DNA of 64,000 bases from an uncultured Pseudomonadales bacterium (GTDB lineage: Bacteria; Patescibacteriota; Microgenomatia; UBA1400; PJMF01), in the NCBI GenBank assembly GCA_964637295.1, contig CAZWWE010000001.1, positions 188,312 to 252,311 on the forward strand, in the 5' to 3' direction. Below the pieces are notes generated by a model. It was not told where the DNA came from and searched no databases. It saw nothing but the letters and a program-made list of their open reading frames with translations. Of this stretch, positions 50,107 through 57,448 are shown piece after piece (the stretch's first letter is position 1; each line of letters begins with the position of its first letter). The position numbers and the translations under genes are program-made.

Positions 50107-52326
50107 ATGCAATTGAAACAAAAATTAAAAAAAACCAATCTTTTTTTCTTCTTTATTTTTAGCTTAATCCTAGCTTTTGTTTTTACTGAAAATAAAATTA
50201 ATCAAATTCAAGCCGAAGGTTTGGTTGAAAAATATCAATGTATTCAAGTTGCGGTTAAATATGGAGAATCCATAAAAAACAGCAAAGCTCAATTTTCCAG
50301 TGAACCTGATTGTAAAAAACAACTGGTTTATATTTTAAACAACCCGGGTGGACAAAGCCCTGGCGTCTGCGGCTCAACTGCCACTTGTACTAACAACAAC
50401 TGGCAAGCTTGTGGCACCGGTTTTGAATGTTTATATAGTTGTTATACGAACGATGGAAAGCAATGTCGTCTCGTACGGAGTAGCGGAACAGGAGGTGGCG
50501 GCAATGGCTCTTGCGACAATAGCAGTGCTACGGCAGCGGTTTGTCGAGGACTAAATGAGGGAGTAAAACTTTATCAATGTAATTGGCAAGGTAGCGGCAA
50601 AAGCTTACAGTGTCAAAGAACTTTTGGAACTCAATGTGCTGCTGTGGAAATTAACGATCTAGCCTGCAATGGAACCATTCCCATTGAAACTAATCCGCCG
50701 CCCAATGGCACTTGTGTTAATACTGGCAGGCCATTTACTGGTCAATGTGTAAAATTCACCTGTAATCAATGTGATCAAAACGGTCGTTGCGGTGAAGAAG
50801 CAATGAGCAATCGAGAATTTGGACCCTGCGATCAGCTTAATTCTCAAGCTAATGAATGTTATCAAATTGATGCGGTAGATGATCAAAAAAATTATTGCAT
50901 ACTTCCAAATTGGACAGAAATCGTACACTGTCCATCTTCTTGTATGCAAAACCCTGTTCCAGTTAATCCAAGTTCAGAGCCTTCCGACAATCCTTCACCT
51001 ACTCAAAAACTTGCTTGTGGTCAGTACGGCTGTACTAGAAATGCCGACTGCGATAATGGCTTGACTTGTCAAACCGTAGAAGTAGATGGTCGTAATCGAA
51101 AAATCTGTGCCAAAGGTGAAAATCAGCTTTTCTGCGCTGCTGCGCCATCGGTTAAAAATTGTTGTGAAAGTCAACCCATGCCTGTTTGTGCCAGTATTGA
51201 AATGCTCAATGCCAATAACGAAGTCATGCAAGGCAATGACGATGAAGCTTTAAAATTAAATGACAAAGTGCGCTTCCGCTGTTCAGCCAGCGGCAATCAA
51301 GATATAGAGTTTGATTATCAATTTAGAATTTGGGACGCTGTAACGGCTACTTGGACCGATATTACTGATTTGACCGATACTGTCGCCAAGAATATTTCTG
51401 CTCTCTACACTATTAAAAATTTCGGCAAGCATATCGCTCAGGGTCGCATTTGTTGGGGTAATAGTTGTCAGCCCTGGGAAAGTCCTGAAACCACTCCCAC
51501 TCAAGCCTGCCAAGATGATGAAGATTGTCCAAGTGGTTCCACTTGTTATCAACCACCAATGCCGGCTTGTCCTTCAGGCACTTCTTGCCCTCAGGTCATG
51601 CCTGCTAAATATTGCAAAGAAGAAACCGACAACAATACCACTGCTCGCTGCCAAAGCAACGCTGACTGTCAAAATGGTTACACCTGCTCCAGCACGCCAG
51701 CAGGCGGCTGCCCATTAGTGACGGTCAATGGCGTCAAAGTGCCTTCTAATTGTGCTTCTGCTCCAATTTGCCGCCAAGCCGAAGGCATTAGTTGCACCAA
51801 CACCACAGATTGTTTTATGGGCTACAGTTGTCAAAATAGACAATGCAAGAGACAAGCTGGTGCTTGTCAAAGCGACGCTGATTGTCAGAATGGTTACACT
51901 TGCTATCAACCCACCACTGCAGAAATTGCTAATTGTTCTGGAGCAAACTGCGCCCAAGTTGCTTCTTATTGCAAAGAAAAAACCGTCAGTTGTCAAAGCG
52001 ACGCTGATTGCAAAGAAGGCTATCTCTGCTCAGCGGAAGTTAGCGGTAGTAGCGGCAACGCTTCTTATACTTCAATTTCAACTAATAAAATTTGTCAAAA
52101 AATCGAAGGTATGACTTGCCAAAACTCAAGTGCTTGCGGCACTGGTTATGCTTGTTACAGCGGTCATTGCACACAAACCATTAAAACTTGTCAAAATAAC
52201 GATGAATGCGGTACGGGCTATGCTTGTTGCACCTCTTCTATGCCAGCCTGTCCTCCTGGAGTCTCTTGCCCTCAGGTTATGCCCGCTAAAAATTGCGTGC
52301 TTAGTAAATATTGTGTAAACAGATAA
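50107..52326 (+). CDS. Secreted cysteine-rich repeat protein
   Basis: Signal-peptide-like N-terminus ending IQA. Multiple C-x2-[DN]-x-D-C-x2-G-Y-x-C repeats and two PACPxGxSCPQVMPAKxC units. Confidence 0.85.
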   Translation: MQLKQKLKKTNLFFFFIFSLILAFVFTENKINQIQAEGLVEKYQCIQVAVKYGESIKNSKAQFSSEPDCKKQLVYILNNPGGQSPGVCGSTATCTNNNWQACGTGFECLYSCYTNDGKQCRLVRSSGTGGGGNGSCDNSSATAAVCRGLNEGVKLYQCNWQGSGKSLQCQRTFGTQCAAVEINDLACNGTIPIETNPPPNGTCVNTGRPFTGQCVKFTCNQCDQNGRCGEEAMSNREFGPCDQLNSQANECYQIDAVDDQKNYCILPNWTEIVHCPSSCMQNPVPVNPSSEPSDNPSPTQKLACGQYGCTRNADCDNGLTCQTVEVDGRNRKICAKGENQLFCAAAPSVKNCCESQPMPVCASIEMLNANNEVMQGNDDEALKLNDKVRFRCSASGNQDIEFDYQFRIWDAVTATWTDITDLTDTVAKNISALYTIKNFGKHIAQGRICWGNSCQPWESPETTPTQACQDDEDCPSGSTCYQPPMPACPSGTSCPQVMPAKYCKEETDNNTTARCQSNADCQNGYTCSSTPAGGCPLVTVNGVKVPSNCASAPICRQAEGISCTNTTDCFMGYSCQNRQCKRQAGACQSDADCQNGYTCYQPTTAEIANCSGANCAQVASYCKEKTVSCQSDADCKEGYLCSAEVSGSSGNASYTSISTNKICQKIEGMTCQNSSACGTGYACYSGHCTQTIKTCQNNDECGTGYACCTSSMPACPPGVSCPQVMPAKNCVLSKYCVNR

Positions 52327-52332
52327 AAAATA

Positions 52333-53352
52333 ATGAACATTGATCATCAAACCAAACCAGCTGTTTATTTAAAATCCAAGCAAGGACAAGGTTCTCTGCT
52401 CAAAAAAAATAATTTCAAAGTCATCGCTGCGATTTTAGGCATTTTAATTTTCTTAGGTGGAAGCATTAGCGTCTTTTTGATCAGTCAAAAACAAGACACT
52501 GCTCCAGTCGCTCCCAATGCCCCCCAATCTCAACCAGCTGCTTACATTGAAAAAACTCAAACTTGTACCCTAGAATTTGAAGTCAAAGCACCCGAGGAAG
52601 TTGAAAAACTCGCCTGTGGTGAAAAAGCTTGTACTAGCGATGCAGATTGTGCAGATAATTTGATTTGCGTCACTACTGAAGATGAGGATAGTGCAGGCAA
52701 TCCAGTCAAATACTGTGCTAAACAAGACTACAAAGAAGCTTGTCAAGACGATCCAAGTCAAGAAAGCTGTTGTGAGGAGCCAGAAGAAGTTGAAAAACTC
52801 GCCTGTGGTGAAAAAGCTTGTACTAGCGATGCAGATTGTGCAGATAATTTGATTTGCGTCACTACTGAAGATGAGGATAGTGCAGGCAATCCAGTCAAAT
52901 ACTGTGCTAAACAAGACTACAAAGAAGCTTGTCAAGACGATCCAAGTCAAGAAAGCTGTTGTGAGGAGCCAGAAGACAAACCCACTGACGAGCCGACTGA
53001 TGAACCCACCAAAAAACCCACTGACGAGCCGACTGATGAACCCACCAAAAAACCAACTAGTACGGTCACTCCAGATGACAAAAAAAATCAAAGAATTGTC
53101 ACTACGGCTGATTGTAATGAGAGTTGCCAAGCCAATGCTGACTGCAGCAACCTTAGCCACATTTGTTACAACGGGCAATGTCGTCTCGATGTCAATCCAA
53201 CCGATGCTCAGTGCAAACTACCCAATGGTGAAACTGTCATCGTTCGACCAGTCGAAGTGCCAACTCAAAGTGGCCCTGCTAATTGGCTCAACTATGTTAA
53301 AGCCGGCTTAGGCACTTTGGGTCTAGGCGCTTTATTGCTCCTACTTCTCTAA
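52333..53352 (+). CDS. Cysteine-rich surface protein with N- and C-terminal TM helices
   Basis: TM, duplicated 63-aa Cys module, PTDEPT linker, a further Cys module, then PTQSG and a C-terminal hydrophobic helix. Confidence 0.85.
   Translation: MNIDHQTKPAVYLKSKQGQGSLLKKNNFKVIAAILGILIFLGGSISVFLISQKQDTAPVAPNAPQSQPAAYIEKTQTCTLEFEVKAPEEVEKLACGEKACTSDADCADNLICVTTEDEDSAGNPVKYCAKQDYKEACQDDPSQESCCEEPEEVEKLACGEKACTSDADCADNLICVTTEDEDSAGNPVKYCAKQDYKEACQDDPSQESCCEEPEDKPTDEPTDEPTKKPTDEPTDEPTKKPTSTVTPDDKKNQRIVTTADCNESCQANADCSNLSHICYNGQCRLDVNPTDAQCKLPNGETVIVRPVEVPTQSGPANWLNYVKAGLGTLGLGALLLLLL
52597..52974 (+). repeat. Perfect in-frame tandem duplication, 2 x 189 bp
   Basis: GAAGTTGAAAAACTCGCCTGTGGT... starts at 52597 and again at 52786. 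The two copies appear identical. Confidence 0.93.
52978..53049 (+). repeat. In-frame tandem repeat, 2 x 36 bp (KPTDEPTDEPTK)
   Basis: AAACCCACTGACGAGCCGACTGATGAACCCACCAAA occurs twice. Confidence 0.9.
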
Positions 53353-53403
53353 AATCTAGAAGTCTAGTAGAATTTACCTCTGATCGATCTTAGGTAAAAT
53401 GTC

Positions 53404-53477
53404 GCGTGTGTAGCTCAATTGGTTAGAGCTCCAAGCTTATACCTTGGCGGTTCTAGGTTCGAGTCCTAGCACACGCA
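53404..53477 (+). tRNA. tRNA-Ile(UAU)
   Basis: GCGTGTG/CACACGC acceptor stem, A discriminator, D-arm AGCTCAATTGGTTAGAGC, anticodon arm CCAAG-CT-TAT-AC-CTTGG, T-arm CTAGG-TTCGAGT-CCTAG. CCA is not encoded. Confidence 0.9.
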
Positions 53478-53511
53478 CTTAAATAACCCATTTTTCTGCT
53501 AAAATGGAAGC

Positions 53512-53928
53512 ATGTTACGCAAGCTAATAATTATTGTTGTAGCTTTTCTGCTTCTTTTTGGTGTTTATAAATTTGCTAAAGCCAAAAATCTCTTGCCTAG
53601 TTATATTTTCTCCAAAATCGAAGAAGCTATTCCAGATAAGATTAGTTTACCATGGAATAAAGAGCAAGAAATTCAATTAGATGGAATCAAAGTAGAACAA
53701 AAAGATTTAGAAAAATTAGGTAAAGATGGCTTAGCTCAAGTACAGATTTTGGCAGAAAAAGCCAAAGAAGCCGGCACTGTCGCTCAAGATTTTGTTGAAG
53801 ACGTGGTTCAAGTCGATGAAAACTCTGATAAAAACATCTCTGAAAAAGCCTTTGAGTATGGCCGCTACATTTATTGTCAGGAAGTGGTTAAACAATACGA
53901 AGCAAATAACTCAAAGCAAACATTTTAA
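53512..53928 (+). CDS. Single-TM hypothetical protein
   Basis: N-terminal TM and C-terminal RYIYCQEVVKQYE. TGcTAAAAT lies 6 nt before the ATG. Confidence 0.75.
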   Translation: MLRKLIIIVVAFLLLFGVYKFAKAKNLLPSYIFSKIEEAIPDKISLPWNKEQEIQLDGIKVEQKDLEKLGKDGLAQVQILAEKAKEAGTVAQDFVEDVVQVDENSDKNISEKAFEYGRYIYCQEVVKQYEANNSKQTF

Positions 53929-53947
53929 TCAATAAAACTTAAGCCAA

Positions 53948-54946
53948 CTAAAACAAATGATTATCCAAGAATTTAGGTTTTGCACCCACTCCTGAAGAAA
54001 TAATTTTTTTGACCGATTTTATTTTTTGCAAAACTGAAGCGACCTCTTTTTCGTATTTTGGCAAAGTTAAAACGTGGACATTAAAACCAGTGTTAATCGT
54101 AAAATATACAGGTAAACCAGATTTTCTTAATTGACGAACGGCTTGCATCACTTCAATAGTTCCAGGATAAAAAAGTAAAATATTTGGTTTACTAGTCAAT
54201 AAAATGCTGTGAAACTCCAAAGCTTCAGCTTCAGCTAGCTCTCCCAAAGTAATAAAGTCTTTATTTAAAATCGCTTTTTTAACAGCTGAAAGTTTTGCTC
54301 TAATATTTTTCTGACGAGCTTCAAAAAACAAACTACTTTCTGCTAAATCATGACCCTCAGTTGAACTAAGGCTTTTTTTGTCTTCAGAAACAATAGTCAC
54401 TAAATCTTTGATTGAAAAAGTAGCTGCTGGAGCAAAACTTTGCGAATAAGATTTTTCCGAAGTTGCGCCATCTAACCACTCAACAAAGCCACCGCAAACA
54501 CAACGGCAAGCCGTACCAGAACCTTGACGCGCTAAAATTGAAAGTTCTTTTTCAGATAAATTCAAACCAATTGCTTGACAAGCAGCCAAAGTTAAAGCAG
54601 CAAAACCAGAGCCAGAACTAGAAAGTCCAGTGCTTTTAGGAAAATTGTTTTCTGAAACCACCTTGGCAAAAATGTCTGTTTTTATTAAATTTTGACTTTT
54701 AGCCAAATCTCTAATTCTATCCAAATGTTTAACGACGCGAGAAGCCTCACCTTCTTCCACTTCGCCGCCAATAATCACTTCGTCTCTACTTAAATTTGAT
54801 AAAAATTCTACCGTAGTTGTGCTGTGTAATGAATCCAAAATCATTGAAATGCTGCCATTGGCTGGCAAGCGCAAAACCTTGTCTTTCTTACCCCAATATT
54901 TAACCAAAGCCACGTCACTACTCGCTTGAACGGTTATTTTTTGCAT
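53948..54946 (-). CDS. mvaD: Diphosphomevalonate decarboxylase
   Basis: ALVKYWGK, NGSIS, NNFP..TGLSSSGSGFAAL, ARQGSGTACR, SSTEG. Confidence 0.93.
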   Translation of the reverse strand: MQKITVQASSDVALVKYWGKKDKVLRLPANGSISMILDSLHSTTTVEFLSNLSRDEVIIGGEVEEGEASRVVKHLDRIRDLAKSQNLIKTDIFAKVVSENNFPKSTGLSSSGSGFAALTLAACQAIGLNLSEKELSILARQGSGTACRCVCGGFVEWLDGATSEKSYSQSFAPAATFSIKDLVTIVSEDKKSLSSTEGHDLAESSLFFEARQKNIRAKLSAVKKAILNKDFITLGELAEAEALEFHSILLTSKPNILLFYPGTIEVMQAVRQLRKSGLPVYFTINTGFNVHVLTLPKYEKEVASVLQKIKSVKKIISSGVGAKPKFLDNHLF

Positions 54947-54971
54947 AAAATTTCCTTTTTATTTTTAGTGA

Positions 54972-55058
54972 GACTCGAACAGCAATTTCAAGACATTTGA
55001 TGACGCGAAAAGATGTATCTAATCGAGTCATCTCTGGCTTGAAATTAGTGTTCGAGTC
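54972..55058. repeat. 87-bp stem-loop overlapping the stop codon of the upstream kinase gene
   Basis: GACTCGAACAGCAATTTCAAG pairs with CTTGAAATTAGTGTTCGAGTC (19/21). Inner stem GATGACGCGA/TCGAGTCATC. Confidence 0.75.
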
Positions 55059-56037
55059 GTACACCCTCTGCATTCATTTCTACTTCAATAATTTTACCCC
55101 CAACTTTTTCAATTTCTCGGGCGATAGCTATTTTGCTAGCCTCATCTGATAAGGCCAGCATACAATCTCCACCTCCGGCTCCAGAAAGTTTGGCGCCCAT
55201 GGCACCAGCACTTTTGCTGGCAGCAATTAAATTTTCCAGTTCAATACTACTCACTTGCAGTCTGCGCAATAAAGTTTGATTTTCATCCATTAACAAACCC
55301 AAGTGTGGCCAATCTTGCTGTTGCAAAGTTTTCTTGGCCTGTTCTACTACAAGAGTAATGTCGCTAAAAATTTTATTTACTGTCGTCTTGTTTTCACTAT
55401 GTAAATTTTGCACCATGCGTACTAAGGTGGCTGTATCAGCCTTTACACCGGTATAACCAACCATAAAAGGCAAATTTTGTACATTGATTGGCTCAACAGT
55501 TTTATTTTGGGCAAATTTACCCTGAGGCGTAATGTAATAAAGCGTGCCACCCCAAATAGCAGCCGCAATATCAAAACCTGAGGCCACTCCTTGAATTTCT
55601 AAAACGGTAGCGTAACAAAGATCAAAAAGTTGATCATTGGTCATCGGCACTTCGTAAAATTCACTCAAAGCCTTAGCAAAGGCCACCGTGCTGGCACTAC
55701 TCGAGCCAAGACCATAAGAGCTTTTAAACTCATTTTTACTATAAACATGAATGCTCTGTTTTTGCGGATATTTTTGAAGAAAAAGTTTATAACAAGTTTC
55801 AATGAAACTTACTTCTTTGGGTAAATTTTCATTAGCAAGATCAGTGATTTTTTTTGAATAAGCTCGCAAACCCAAGTCTGGAGCATCTAAAACAAAGATT
55901 TGTTCGCCATTTTCTTCCACTGTAATTGATAGGCGGCGATCAACAGCAGTCACAATGCAAGGATGACCAAAAACCACGCTGTGTTCACCAAAAAGCATTA
56001 ATTTACCAGGTGCCGAAGTCTTAACTGTTTTTTTCAT
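55045..56037 (-). CDS. GHMP kinase, most likely phosphomevalonate kinase
   Basis: SAPGKLMLFGEH, GLGSSSA, SGFDIAAAIWGG, KLSGAGGGDC. The last two motifs resemble bacterial ERG8-type PMKs. Confidence 0.75.
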   Translation of the reverse strand: MKKTVKTSAPGKLMLFGEHSVVFGHPCIVTAVDRRLSITVEENGEQIFVLDAPDLGLRAYSKKITDLANENLPKEVSFIETCYKLFLQKYPQKQSIHVYSKNEFKSSYGLGSSSASTVAFAKALSEFYEVPMTNDQLFDLCYATVLEIQGVASGFDIAAAIWGGTLYYITPQGKFAQNKTVEPINVQNLPFMVGYTGVKADTATLVRMVQNLHSENKTTVNKIFSDITLVVEQAKKTLQQQDWPHLGLLMDENQTLLRRLQVSSIELENLIAASKSAGAMGAKLSGAGGGDCMLALSDEASKIAIAREIEKVGGKIIEVEMNAEGVRLEH

Positions 56038-56899
56038 AAATCATTCCCAATTGAGTTTGAAAAAAATCAAAACCCATTGCTTGTAAAGTTTTTGCGAATT
56101 CTTGAGAGTTTTTGTGCCAGGCTAAAATATAACCAGAACCAGTTTCAATTCCGCCAGCACCAGTGATTTTACAAAAAGCGCCTTTGCTTCTTAAGTGTTG
56201 AATAATTCTCTGAGCTTTTTGACCCACCACGCCAATTTGCTCCAATAAAATCTGATTTGCATTTAATAGCTCTGGATTAAAAACTCCAGCTTGCAAATCA
56301 ACAAGCATTTTTTGACTTAAATCACCAATTTTTTGCAAAGTTGTCCGATTACTTGCTTCATTAGCAACTTTGCGCACCATTTCACCAGTGCTTTCACTAG
56401 CTTCTCCAGAATTTATTAAGAAAAAAGATTGATCAATCAATGTTTTATTTAATATTGGCTCAATTTTTGCTTGCTTAAAAGCAAGCAATCCTCCATAAAC
56501 TACAATGCTCGGATCCGCTCCGCTTGAACGACCATGAATAAAATTTTCTGCCTCTAAAACTAAATTGTAGAGTCGATCGGCATTTAAAGAATAATTATGA
56601 AATTTAAATAATTCGCTAAAAACAGCCGCCGCCAAAGCAGCTGATGAACCAAGACCAGACTTTTCTGGTAAATTTGATACAATTTCGATGGCCACTGACA
56701 TCTTGGGCAATTGAGCGTGTTTGTAAAAAATCTCCAAAATGTGTTGTAAATAAGGATCTTGCTTTTGTTCTTGGCTTAAAACTCCCTCCTTAATGGCACA
56801 AGTAATTCCTAAATTTAAACTCGCCAAAATAGCAGTGTGCCCATAAACCACACTGTGTTCGCCAGTTAAAATAACTTTTCCTCTATAAAAACTAGACAT
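56021..56899 (-). CDS. mvk: Mevalonate kinase
   Basis: GKVILTGEHSVVYG, P..SGLGSSAA, HGRSSGAD, KITGAGG. Confidence 0.85.
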   Translation of the reverse strand: MSSFYRGKVILTGEHSVVYGHTAILASLNLGITCAIKEGVLSQEQKQDPYLQHILEIFYKHAQLPKMSVAIEIVSNLPEKSGLGSSAALAAAVFSELFKFHNYSLNADRLYNLVLEAENFIHGRSSGADPSIVVYGGLLAFKQAKIEPILNKTLIDQSFFLINSGEASESTGEMVRKVANEASNRTTLQKIGDLSQKMLVDLQAGVFNPELLNANQILLEQIGVVGQKAQRIIQHLRSKGAFCKITGAGGIETGSGYILAWHKNSQEFAKTLQAMGFDFFQTQLGMIYEKNS

Positions 56900-56916
56900 A
56901 ATTCCTTTTTCAATAT

Positions 56917-56974
56917 GAGAGAAAACTTAGTCCTTTAATCTAAGCTGTCTTATGTTAAAGGACTAAGTTCTCTC
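56917..56974. repeat. Short hairpin made of the same arms as 57275..57448, covering the DUF35 stop codon
   Basis: AACTTAGTCCTTTAA/TTAAAGGACTAAGTT is a perfect 15-bp stem, extended by TAAG/CTTA inside and GAGAG/CTCTC outside. Confidence 0.85.
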
Positions 56975-57250
56975 TGCCTTTAGCCCGTAACAAATAATTT
57001 CTTGCGACGCTTCTTTTTTGATTTTTCTCAGCACTATTTCGACTTCATCACCAATTTTGAATTTCTGATGCGCCACTCCCATTAAAGAAATTTTTTCTTT
57101 GCCTAAATCAACTAATAAATAAGCATAAGGCAATAACTCAGTTTGATCAGAAGCAGAAACTTCCATCATTGTGACAGATAAAACTTTGCCTTTTTGACCT
57201 AAATATTTGGACCAGTTTTTATTGGAGCGCCAGTATTCTGTAATTTGCAT
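56963..57250 (-). CDS. DUF35/ChsH2-like OB-fold scaffold protein lacking the Zn ribbon
   Basis: GKVLSVT...PYAYLLVDL...KIGDEVEIVLRKI...IICYGLK. It lies directly after the thiolase and has no CxxC pairs. ATG at 57250. Confidence 0.8.
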   Translation of the reverse strand: MQITEYWRSNKNWSKYLGQKGKVLSVTMMEVSASDQTELLPYAYLLVDLGKEKISLMGVAHQKFKIGDEVEIVLRKIKKEASQEIICYGLKAERT

Positions 57251-57274
57251 AAAATTTTTCCATTTAACCAAATA

Positions 57275-57448
57275 AATCAAAACTTAGTCCTTTAATATAA
57301 GACCATTTGCAGGAGCTGACTGCTAAACATCAATAAGCAATAATGTTTATAGACAGCGACTGCAATGAGTGTAGAAGAAGATTGTTAACTTAAATAAGCT
57401 AATAATTTTCATCTAACGTGTCTTATGTTAAAGGACTAAGTTTTGATT
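57275..57448. mobile_element. 174-bp palindromic element between thiolase and DUF35 genes, related in its interior to 48596..48756
   Basis: 29-bp TIR with one mismatch (57275-57303 / 57420-57448), inner hairpin, and the thiolase TAG inside the arm. Confidence 0.7.

Noticed and set aside
52597-53049. Direct repeats as a possible CRISPR array
   Set aside because: They are contiguous in-frame coding repeats with no spacers, and no cas genes are present.
52570-53311. 202-aa antisense and 146-aa alternate-frame ORFs with repeats
   Set aside because: They are by-products of the tandem repeats in the 339-aa Cys-rich gene.
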